From IMG/VR virus record IMGVR_UViG_3300045988_005956, positions 1-43,327 of that record: 43,327 nucleotides of DNA; one strand, given 5' to 3'. The stretch comes from a virus. The notes under the pieces are model-generated. The model worked only from the letters and a program-made list of their open reading frames with translations, searched no databases and was not told where the DNA came from. Both the position numbers and the translations under genes were made by a program. This document shows positions 23,754-30,612 of the stretch, piece by piece (position 1 is the first letter of the stretch; every line of letters begins with the position of its first letter).

Positions 23754-24587
23754 ATGCCAAAGGATGTATATTCCGTCAAATGTCCTCGTTGTGGGGAAGC
23801 GTTTGACGAAAGACTGAAAGAGTGCCCGAACTGCGGGACTTGGAACCGAAAAGTTATCTGCCGCTCTTGTGGCGCGCAGATTAACGCCAGTGAGAAGAAG
23901 TGTCCGGCCTGTGGTGCGCGCCGAGCGAAGAAGCAAAACCCGCTCGGAAAAGCGCTTATTGTGGCAATCCCAATCGCCATTATCATTATGGTTGCCGTCC
24001 TTCTGATTCCCCAAAAAGCGCCGAGCAGCACGCAGACCTCTCCGGCAAGCGCTTCGGTATCCTCACCGACAAGCACGGCAACGGATACGCAAGAAGGAAC
24101 TTCCACCACATCGATTTCCGCCGAAAAAACGCCCGGTCGCACGATCGAGCTTACCGTTCCCGCTGATTTCCTCGACGAAGGAACGACGCAGGAATCACTT
24201 GACGCAGAAGTCAGCAAAGCGGACGGATTTATCTCCGCCAAAATTAACGCCGACGGCTCTGCCACATATGTCATGACGGAATCCAAGCACAACGACCTTA
24301 TGCAAGAGCTGCGGCAAAACATCGATACCGAGCTTGCAAAAATGGCTGATTCTTCCGACTATCCAAATATCGTTTCTGTCTCCGCTTCCAACGACTACAC
24401 AGCGTTTACAGTGACGCTTTCCACGGATACTGTTGGCTTACAAGAGTCCATCATGGTTATGGCCTTTTATATGTACGGCGGTATGTACAACGCATTTAAC
24501 GGAACTCCGGCGGATAACGTATCTGTACAGTTTGTAAATCAGTCTGGAACCGTTCTGGAATCGGCCAATTCCCGCGATATGCAATAA
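23754..24587 (+). CDS. Double zinc-ribbon / single-pass membrane / S,T-rich linker / extracytoplasmic-domain protein
   Basis: The ATG at 23754 follows GGGGGT. The zinc ribbons are CPRCG..CPNCG and CRSCG..CPACG. The TM segment is LIVAIPIAIIIMVAVLLI, followed by SSTQTSPASASVSSPTSTATDTQEGTSTTS. Confidence 0.7.
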   Translation: MPKDVYSVKCPRCGEAFDERLKECPNCGTWNRKVICRSCGAQINASEKKCPACGARRAKKQNPLGKALIVAIPIAIIIMVAVLLIPQKAPSSTQTSPASASVSSPTSTATDTQEGTSTTSISAEKTPGRTIELTVPADFLDEGTTQESLDAEVSKADGFISAKINADGSATYVMTESKHNDLMQELRQNIDTELAKMADSSDYPNIVSVSASNDYTAFTVTLSTDTVGLQESIMVMAFYMYGGMYNAFNGTPADNVSVQFVNQSGTVLESANSRDMQ

Positions 24588-24591
24588 GCGT

Positions 24592-24774
24592 TCAGTTCGG
24601 CAGCGGGCATTGGTTCCACTTCTCCCGTGTCTCGCCTACATCTGAGACGCAAGCAAAGAGCATGGGTGCTCCCTTGATGTAGTCCAGGCTTAGACTGTGG
24701 ACGTCCTTGAAAAGTGCCCCGTCTACGATGATGTTTACTTTCCCGTTTTCAAAGCGAATATTGATGCTCTGCAT
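24592..24774 (-). CDS. Small hypothetical protein (60 aa)
   Basis: A GGAGGT RBS lies 8 nt upstream of the ATG at 24774. The gene is convergent with 23754-24587. Confidence 0.4.
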   Translation of the reverse strand: MQSINIRFENGKVNIIVDGALFKDVHSLSLDYIKGAPMLFACVSDVGETREKWNQCPLPN

Positions 24775-24922
24775 TTGGTGTACCTCCATATTTTAGAACG
24801 TTCGTTCAGTAATTTCAATTTGGAATCTTCCACAAAGAACACCTTGCATTTTCTTCGTCCGGTAACCCTCGTAAGCGGCAATTATGGGACAGACTATTTT
24901 GTATAATGGAATGTTTAAGATC

Positions 24923-24957
24923 GCCCCACCGTCGCTCCCCCGGCGGTGGGGCTTTCT
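24923..24957 (+). terminator. Intrinsic terminator-like hairpin (9-bp GC stem GCCCCACCG/CGGTGGGGC followed by TTTCT)
   Basis: The hairpin is seen directly. The T-rich tail is present only on the plus strand. Confidence 0.5.
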
Positions 24958-25070
24958 CACGCGCCTGTAACCAGCATAGCAAAACTGGCAGAAATGTCCA
25001 CCCTCAAATTGGTAAAACCATACCCATAGCAGAAGAATCAGCGAAATATATGTGAAAATGGAGGTATATC

Positions 25071-25652
25071 ATGTCGGCAATTCAGGAACTCGCCCCATAT
25101 TTTTCTACATATCAGAGGAACATAAAGCGGGCGAAGGAAGATCAGCATTACACCATCGACAGACTTGTCGAAGAATCCGGCGTTTCCAGATCGGCTGTGA
25201 CGAAACTCTGCGCAGGAACACAGCAAGACCCGAAACTGTACAATTCTGCCGCGCTATGCCTCGTTCTCGGTCTGTCGCTGGATGAGCTGTGCGGGCTAAA
25301 ACCGCCTACTGACAGTCCAAGCGAACTACAGGAGCGGAACCACAGGCTTGAACTCGAGAACGTCAGAGCGGCCGCCGCAAACGAAATGCAGCGGGCGCAG
25401 ATCAAAGCCACACACGCTATCTGCTACCTGCTGGCCTTTTTCTGCGCCATACTTGCGTTTTCGCTGATCGTGTACCTTGTTATCGACTCGCAGATTACAG
25501 ACGCTGGTATTATCCGGGGCGGAAGGCTATCTGTAATGGCGTGGATATTTATTGCCTTGATTGTCGCGTCCATACTGGCCGTAGGCTTCACCATTCTTCG
25601 TATCGTCAAAAAGGAGATCCGAAATGAAAAAACTGAAAGTCCCAGAGGCTGA
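25071..25652 (+). CDS. Membrane-anchored XRE-family HTH protein (HTH, coiled coil, then 2 TM helices)
   Basis: The RBS is GGAGGT. The HTH is YTIDRLVEESGVSRSAVTKLCAG. The TM segments are ICYLLAFFCAILAFSLIVYLVI and VMAWIFIALIVASILAVGFTIL. The 3' end overlaps the int start by 29 nt. Confidence 0.7.
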   Translation: MSAIQELAPYFSTYQRNIKRAKEDQHYTIDRLVEESGVSRSAVTKLCAGTQQDPKLYNSAALCLVLGLSLDELCGLKPPTDSPSELQERNHRLELENVRAAAANEMQRAQIKATHAICYLLAFFCAILAFSLIVYLVIDSQITDAGIIRGGRLSVMAWIFIALIVASILAVGFTILRIVKKEIRNEKTESPRG

Positions 25653-26634
25653 AAAACTGCCGTCCGGCTCTTACCGATGCCGAGTGATGGTAAATGGGGA
25701 AGCGAGGTCGTTCACTGCCGGAACGAAGCGAGAAGCAGAGCAGGCAGCTTTAGAATACAAAATCGGTATCCTTTCTGCCGAGGAGGCCAAGCCGGAAATA
25801 ACAATCCGCAAAGCCATAGACGAATACCTGGAATTCAAGAGCGGCACTCTTTCCCCAGCGTCTATTCGCGGACACAGAATCAAGCAACGGTGTTACCTTC
25901 AACCTATTATGGATGTCCCCTTATCCAAACTCTCCGTGAGTGCTATACAGCAGGCGATCAACGCCGAAAAATGCAGCCCGAAGACCATCCGCGAAACATG
26001 GGCGCTGATACGTCCGGCGCTTAAGCGATATGGTGTATCATACGAAGTGGCGCTTCCCACCGTCCAATCTGACGAGCACGCTTTTTTGTCTGCGGAAGAA
26101 ATTCCTGTGTTTTTGAAAGCGGCAGAAGGGAGTAAGTATGAAATCGCGTTTCTTCTTGCACTGCACTCTCTGCGTGTGTCAGAAATTCTTGGTTTGCGTT
26201 GGGAGAACGTTGATCTAAAAAAGCAGTCTATCACGGTTCGAGGAGCTACATTGTTCGACGAAAACAACAAACTGGTAAACAAAGTGTCTAACAAAAACCG
26301 CTCTTCACGGCGGACTATCCCAATCATGGTACCGAGGCTGTCGCAGCTGCTTTCAGAAGCAGAAAGATCGAGTGATTTTGTCATCGTTGCAAATCCGAAC
26401 AGCATTCGCGCTGCATCAAATAAAATATGCAAGGAAGCGAATTTGCCAGAAGTCGGGACACACGGTCTGCGGCATTCCTTCTGCTCCCTTGCATATAAGC
26501 TTGGTATATCGGAAAAAGTCACGATGCAGCTGGGCGGATGGTCAGACTACGGAACAATGCGTAAAATCTATACACACATCGCACAAGCAGACATTTCCGA
26601 GTCTGTGCAGGAAATGAAAAAGTTCTTCTCTTAA
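25624..26634 (+). CDS. int: Tyrosine recombinase / phage integrase
   Basis: 336 aa with LALHSLRVSEILGLRWENV...HGLRHSFCSLAY...GGWSDYGTMRKIYTH, which is the R..HxxR..Y pattern. Confidence 0.9.
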   Translation: MKKLKVPEAEKLPSGSYRCRVMVNGEARSFTAGTKREAEQAALEYKIGILSAEEAKPEITIRKAIDEYLEFKSGTLSPASIRGHRIKQRCYLQPIMDVPLSKLSVSAIQQAINAEKCSPKTIRETWALIRPALKRYGVSYEVALPTVQSDEHAFLSAEEIPVFLKAAEGSKYEIAFLLALHSLRVSEILGLRWENVDLKKQSITVRGATLFDENNKLVNKVSNKNRSSRRTIPIMVPRLSQLLSEAERSSDFVIVANPNSIRAASNKICKEANLPEVGTHGLRHSFCSLAYKLGISEKVTMQLGGWSDYGTMRKIYTHIAQADISESVQEMKKFFS

Positions 26635-26656
26635 TTTTGCCACGATATTTGCCATG
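26635..26656 (+). repeat. Two arm-type direct repeats (TTTTGCCACG, ATATTTGCCATG) immediately after the int stop
   Basis: The repeats are seen directly and belong to the same family as the six copies at 26811-26897. Confidence 0.6.
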
Positions 26657-26700
26657 AAAATAAAAAGCGCAGTGTTTTCAACTGGTTTAAAGCTCAATTC

Positions 26701-26728
26701 GAGAGTTCGAATCTCTCCTTCCGCGCCA
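26701..26728 (+). other. attP core candidate: a tRNA 3'-end fragment (T-arm GAGAG-TTCGAAT-CTCTC, acceptor 3' strand CTTCCGC, discriminator G, CCA)
   Basis: The canonical T-loop and CCA are read directly. No matching 5' acceptor strand (GCGGAAG) or D-arm lies upstream, so this is not a complete tRNA. Confidence 0.7.
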
Positions 26729-26734
26729 AAGAAG

Positions 26735-26772
26735 AAACCCTGTAATCTCAAGTGATTACAGGGTTTTCCTTT
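26735..26772. terminator. Bidirectional intrinsic terminator (13-bp stem AAACCCTGTAATC/GATTACAGGGTTT with T-rich flanks on both strands)
   Basis: The hairpin is seen directly and follows the tRNA-like 3' end, as in host tRNA loci. Confidence 0.75.
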
Positions 26773-26800
26773 GTATATCAAGGCTTTCAGGCATTTCGAG

Positions 26801-26897
26801 CGTATCATTTATTTGCGATGCGTATCAATTATTTGACACGCAAAACACAATTTTGACACGCATTTTTGCCACGGAATTTGCCACGCTTTTTGCCTCG
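26801..26897 (+). repeat. Arm-type repeat cluster: a 20-bp tandem (CGTATCATTTATTTGCGATG / CGTATCAATTATTTGACACG) and six copies of (A/T)TTTG(C/A)C(A/T/G)(C/T)G
   Basis: Copies end at 26820, 26840, 26860, 26873, 26885 and 26897. All are in the same orientation. Confidence 0.65.
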
Positions 26898-27245
26898 TCA
26901 TAGGGACTTTATTTTTCTTAAAACAGAATCATATACCCTTCGGTTTACAAGTGAAAGCGTGTCCATGAGTTCGTCAACGACCGTCCAAGCCTTCGCCGGG
27001 TCTTTCCCGGCTACCGCAAGCAAAAACTCACTGTCCCCGTAATCGCCCACGGTAGCCGGTTGCGCGGTAACAGGAGCGGGAGCGCCGGAGTAGTAACCCA
27101 CATACCTACCGCCGTCGCCCCGTTCCTCTTCCTGCATCTTGTCGCGTATCACATATAGGTTCGCCAGTTTGGCATAATTGGGATAGCTGGATTCTTCGTA
27201 TTCCAGCCGTGCTATTTCCTTTCGGATTTCGGCTTCATCCAGCAT
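26898..27245 (-). CDS. Hypothetical cargo protein (115 aa)
   Basis: The RBS is AAGGAGGG. It is the last gene before attP. Confidence 0.6.
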   Translation of the reverse strand: MLDEAEIRKEIARLEYEESSYPNYAKLANLYVIRDKMQEEERGDGGRYVGYYSGAPAPVTAQPATVGDYGDSEFLLAVAGKDPAKAWTVVDELMDTLSLVNRRVYDSVLRKIKSL

Positions 27246-27257
27246 GTCTTTCCCTCC

Positions 27258-27629
27258 TTATGCTCTGTCAATCTGCTCCATGCAGCGGCGGATAGCCTCG
27301 CGCGTCTTATCATCGTCCGCGTCGCGCATCATGTCTTCCAGCGTCGAGCGCATATGCTCCCGAGCATCGGTCCGGCTGTATCGCCCCATAGAATCGCGAC
27401 GCCTGCCACGGTAGGAGCTTCCGCGCCCATACGTGCCGCGCATGTCCGCCTCCCACTCTCCGTCACGCGAATACCCGCCATCCTCGAGCATTTCGATTTT
27501 ATAAGTGTTCTTGATGGAACTGGTAAGCTTCTGGATGGCATCCAGATCGCCAGCGGACATTTCGCGCTTGTCGGCGATTTCGTCCAGCTCTTTGCAGAGC
27601 ATTTCCCGAAGGTTTCTCAAATCGTACAT
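27258..27629 (-). CDS. Hypothetical charged protein with an R/S/Y/G-rich centre
   Basis: The ATG at 27629 (MYDLRNLREML...) lies 7 nt after GGAGG. The low-complexity stretch is GTYGRGSSYRGRRRDSMGRYSR. Confidence 0.6.
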   Translation of the reverse strand: MYDLRNLREMLCKELDEIADKREMSAGDLDAIQKLTSSIKNTYKIEMLEDGGYSRDGEWEADMRGTYGRGSSYRGRRRDSMGRYSRTDAREHMRSTLEDMMRDADDDKTREAIRRCMEQIDRA

Positions 27630-27643
27630 ATTCCTTCCTCCCT

Positions 27644-28066
27644 TCACGATACGCGCTCGACGATCATATTGCTATTTGCGAAACTGATCGCCTGTGCGCT
27701 GGTGTTCTTTGCTGCTACAGTCAGGCAGCAGCCGCGCGGAACTTCCACGAATGCAGAAACGTAGATGTTGAAATAGTTCTCAACAGCCGCAGGGGTTACG
27801 GTCGCTGTGGCGCTGTTCAAAGCCTCCCCGTTAATGGCGAGCGCAGCGGTGATAGCTCCGACTGTTCCGCCTGTAGGAATGGCGATATTCGCGCCAAAGG
27901 ATACACGGAACTTCGCCTTGCACTGCTGCGTCAGACCACGCAGCGTAACAAGTCCGCTTCCGTCACGGTGGACGATACACGGTTTGCCACAAGCCGACGT
28001 GGAAATTAGAGGGACGTTCTGCCCAGCGGCAACAGTTTGAATTCCGGATGATGTAAATTCAGCCAT
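27644..28066 (-). CDS. BclA C-terminal-domain-like (C1q/TNF jelly-roll-like) protein
   Basis: 140 aa with an all-beta-looking sequence. The end NSNMIVERVS parallels BclA ...SASIIIEKVA. The assignment is from memory of BclA and is unverified. Confidence 0.45.
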   Translation of the reverse strand: MAEFTSSGIQTVAAGQNVPLISTSACGKPCIVHRDGSGLVTLRGLTQQCKAKFRVSFGANIAIPTGGTVGAITAALAINGEALNSATATVTPAAVENYFNIYVSAFVEVPRGCCLTVAAKNTSAQAISFANSNMIVERVS

Positions 28067-28098
28067 AAAATCATTCCTTTCTGCCTCGAATTAGAGGC

Positions 28099-28132
28099 AA
28101 TTAAAATAGCGGCGGGACGATTGCCCCGCCGC
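28099..28132 (-). terminator. Intrinsic terminator (GCGGCGGG-loop-CCCGCCGC followed by TATTTTAATT on the minus strand)
   Basis: The hairpin is seen directly. It lies between the 262-aa gene and the BclA-like gene. Confidence 0.55.
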
Positions 28133-28199
28133 GTTGATCGAGTATCGGCAAGGAACCGATCATTTTCGTGACCTCACGAAAAAGCTCTACGTTATGGAG

Positions 28200-28988
28200 T
28201 TAAGCGCAGTTGCCGCAGCCGTAGTTATAGCCGCTATTGCAGCCTGCAAACTGGTACGGAGCCGGCACCGCGAACGACGGGACCGGACGCGGGTTATAAT
28301 ACGCCAGCTGTCCACTTACGTAGGACTTGAGCGTGTCGTTCTGCGCCGCCTGAGAAGCCGCCAGCTGCGCCGCAAAGAGCTGCTGGTTCTGCTCGGCAAT
28401 CTTCGCGTCCTTTGCAGCCAGTTCCTGCGCCGTCAATCTCTGGTCGATGCTGCGGAAGCCGCAGTTCATCGCGTCGATGATGTCGCGAGTGCTGTTCTGC
28501 ATCTGGTTGCGAGTGTCACAAGCCTGCGTCGCGAGGTTATAATTGATACCCTGAATCGCCTCTCTGGTCTCGCAGCAGCAGTTTGCAGCCTGCATCGCCA
28601 TGTTGTTCAGCTGCTGCATAAGCGCGGCCTGCTGATTGCAGCGGGAAAGCTCCGCCTGAGAGAAGCCGGAAGTCACAGCCTGCGTTACACCGGCAAAGCC
28701 GTTAAGCATCCCCGTGTTCATCGCATAGAAGCCGTCGCAGACACCATTGTTCACGCTGTCAATCTTTCTTTCGATGTTCGAGAAGTCAGAGGCCAGAACA
28801 TAGCCGTCAACAACGCCGCCGTTCCCTCCACGGTTGCCAAAGCCGTTTCCGTTACCCCAGCCGCAGAAAATCGCGAGGAACAGGATAATGATCCACCAGC
28901 CATTACCGCCGCCCCATCCGTTTCCGCCGTCCGAGTTTGCCGGAACTACAGGCATGTTCATAGGAATACCATCGCCATTCAAACTCAT
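28200..28988 (-). CDS. G/N/W-rich membrane protein with a Q/N/A-rich coiled-coil-like centre and Cys clusters
   Basis: The RBS is AAAGGAGA. The sequence contains GGNGWGGGNGWWIIILFLAIFCGWGNGNGFGNRGGNGG, ANCCCETREA and the C-terminal GCNSGYNYGCGNCA. Confidence 0.65.
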   Translation of the reverse strand: MSLNGDGIPMNMPVVPANSDGGNGWGGGNGWWIIILFLAIFCGWGNGNGFGNRGGNGGVVDGYVLASDFSNIERKIDSVNNGVCDGFYAMNTGMLNGFAGVTQAVTSGFSQAELSRCNQQAALMQQLNNMAMQAANCCCETREAIQGINYNLATQACDTRNQMQNSTRDIIDAMNCGFRSIDQRLTAQELAAKDAKIAEQNQQLFAAQLAASQAAQNDTLKSYVSGQLAYYNPRPVPSFAVPAPYQFAGCNSGYNYGCGNCA

Positions 28989-29069
28989 AGTTTTCTCCTT
29001 TCGTAGATTTTGAAATTTATCTCAATCGTGGCCACGATTTTGACCGTTCAGCTGTTCGGAATTTCTGAA

Positions 29070-29285
29070 CTACTGCATCAACTGCTGAAACTGTCCAGCC
29101 ATCTGCTGTAGCTGGTTCAACTGCTGCTGCGAGATTTTCCCAGACTGTACCAGCTTCTCAACCTCCGCCCTCGGGTCTCCCTGAAAGCTCTGCTTGAACT
29201 GCTGAAACTGCCGCATCATATTTTGAAACTGCCCAATAGCCCCGGGCATTTGCCCGCCGCCGAGTGCATTAAACAGTGGGTTCAT
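29070..29285 (-). CDS. Small Q-rich protein (71 aa)
   Basis: The RBS is AAGGAGG. The sequence contains QFQNMMRQFQQFKQSFQG...QQQLNQLQQMAGQFQQLMQ. Confidence 0.6.
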   Translation of the reverse strand: MNPLFNALGGGQMPGAIGQFQNMMRQFQQFKQSFQGDPRAEVEKLVQSGKISQQQLNQLQQMAGQFQQLMQ

Positions 29286-29739
29286 TGTCTGCCTCCTTCG
29301 CCTTTCTAACGGGCTTGACGCTCAGAGCCGCCACCTTTGCCGCCAGTTCGTCAAAGTCCTTGCGGGTCACGTACTCCACCGTGGGCGCTGTTTGCGGCGC
29401 TGTGGGGCTCACGGGGGCTGTAGAGCGCTCTACGAGGTCATACGTTGTCATTGCTGGTTTACCGCTTGCGTCGGCTTTCTTCACATACACAACCGGTGCA
29501 TTCATATCCCAAAGCGTGACAGCGTTATTCGGCGCGACGATAAATTCGTTTGCCGCCTTTTCGTTCGGAACCCAGATGATAGACTGTCCCCCGCTCGGTT
29601 GCTGTGGCTGTGGTTGCGGAGCAGGATACTGCATCGACGGCGCAGGCTGATACTGTGGACGCATCATTGGGTCCTGCATCATGGGCGGTTGATTGTAAAT
29701 CGGCTGCTGATACACATAAGGCTGTTGTCCGAACATCAT
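29269..29739 (-). CDS. Protein with a P/Q/M/Y-rich N-terminus and a small globular domain
   Basis: The RBS AAGGAGG lies inside the upstream gene's end. The N-terminus is MMFGQQPYVYQQPIYNQPPMMQDPMMRPQYQPAPSMQYPAPQPQPQQP. Confidence 0.6.
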   Translation of the reverse strand: MMFGQQPYVYQQPIYNQPPMMQDPMMRPQYQPAPSMQYPAPQPQPQQPSGGQSIIWVPNEKAANEFIVAPNNAVTLWDMNAPVVYVKKADASGKPAMTTYDLVERSTAPVSPTAPQTAPTVEYVTRKDFDELAAKVAALSVKPVRKAKEADNEPTV

Positions 29740-30119
29740 TTATCCTCCTTTTCCCAGTAGAACAGCGGGATTTCGTTCCCGGAATCCCAGCTATCAAAAT
29801 ACTTTCCGTCCTCTACGCACACGACGTGGCTTGATAGAGCTAGTACATACACACCGCGCGGATGGTCTCTCGCGAATTCCTCGACCGTATAGCAGTCCGG
29901 GCATGTGTTCGGCACAACATTCCGGGTAAATCCATGCTGCCGGAGGTACGCGCCCCAGACACTGTTTGCCGACGGCATGTCCCCCATTTTCAAACCCTGT
30001 AGGCAAAGCCCAACATATGTTTCATCCCAGCTCTTTCCCGTCGCCTTCGCAATCGCCCGAACGGTACAGTCTCCGACTTGTTTTCCTTCCGGGTTTGGAT
30101 TGAAATAAGAAAAGCCCAT
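29736..30119 (-). CDS. Papain-fold-like (Cys...His) hypothetical protein
   Basis: The ATG at 30119 lies 8 nt after AAAGGAG. The candidate catalytic Cys is in VGDCTVRAIA. The candidate His is in LSSHVVCVEDGKYFDSWD. Confidence 0.5.
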   Translation of the reverse strand: MGFSYFNPNPEGKQVGDCTVRAIAKATGKSWDETYVGLCLQGLKMGDMPSANSVWGAYLRQHGFTRNVVPNTCPDCYTVEEFARDHPRGVYVLALSSHVVCVEDGKYFDSWDSGNEIPLFYWEKEDK

Positions 30120-30184
30120 ACCGAACACTCCTTTGATGTGTCCAGTATGGGCTTTTTACTATTTTCCTGTGCCTCAGTTATGCA

Positions 30185-30367
30185 TCAGTTTTGCTCAAAT
30201 AAATATGTGGCAATCCAGCCGCGTATCAGTTCGTTTGGCGTCGTGCCGTTGGCCCTCGCTGCGGTCTTAAAGTTTTCCGCGATCTCCCGCTTGAGTTTGC
30301 AGGAGATCACGGACATGTTTTCTGCATCCCACTTGTCGCGGGTGCGCTTCTGCGCTTCCGTCGGCAT
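30185..30367 (-). CDS. Ribbon-helix-helix (CopG/Arc-like) DNA-binding protein
   Basis: 60 aa with a beta strand MSVISCKL followed by two helices. The ATG shares one nucleotide with the upstream TGA. Confidence 0.55.
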   Translation of the reverse strand: MPTEAQKRTRDKWDAENMSVISCKLKREIAENFKTAARANGTTPNELIRGWIATYLFEQN

Positions 30368-30567
30368 CAGTAGCAGGGGTTCTCTTTGCTGAGCTCCCAC
30401 TCTTCGCCATACTTGGCTTCGTGACGGGCCTCATACGCAGTAAAAAACTCCTGATCGGTGCATGGCGCAAGTTCCACGTGGAGATCTTCACGGATGTCAT
30501 CATCCATCAGTGCAACCGCCGCGTCAAAGTTGATTTCTGTACCGTTTTTGTTGATTACCATAGCCAT
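30367..30567 (-). CDS. Small acidic hypothetical protein (66 aa), the first gene of the cargo operon
   Basis: The RBS is GGAGGG. Translation begins MAMVINKNGTEINFDAAVALMDDDIREDLHVELAPCTDQEFF... Confidence 0.6.
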   Translation of the reverse strand: MAMVINKNGTEINFDAAVALMDDDIREDLHVELAPCTDQEFFTAYEARHEAKYGEEWELSKENPCY

Positions 30568-30612
30568 TTTTAAACCCTCCGTAATTTGTATTTGGTTTAT
30601 CTCTATGGTCTC

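Noticed and set aside
24790-24907. Promoters TTGAAA-N17-TAAAAT (minus strand, 24818-24790) and TATAAT (plus strand, 24902-24907), and a possible small RNA ending at the 24923-24957 hairpin
   Set aside because: - The minus-strand -10 box abuts the RBS and ATG of the small ORF, leaving no room for a normal transcript start.
- The plus-strand TATAAT has no acceptable -35 box.
- Neither can be supported from sequence alone.
26650-26728. Complete tRNA gene
   Set aside because: - Only the T-arm, the acceptor 3' strand and CCA are present.
- No complementary 5' acceptor strand (GCGGAAG), D-arm or foldable anticodon arm lies upstream.
- I interpret it as the attP core copy of a host tRNA 3' end.
26542-26808. 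88-aa minus-strand ORF spanning the int 3' end, the tRNA fragment and the terminator
   Set aside because: It runs through a terminator hairpin and tRNA-like sequence, has no RBS and looks like a chance ORF.
28163-28182. Palindrome TTTTCGTGA-CC-TCACGAAAA as a terminator after the 262-aa gene
   Set aside because: - The 2-nt loop is sterically poor and there is no distinct T-tract beyond the stem.
- The real terminator appears to be the hairpin at 28099-28132.
- It might be a protein-binding site, but the evidence is insufficient.
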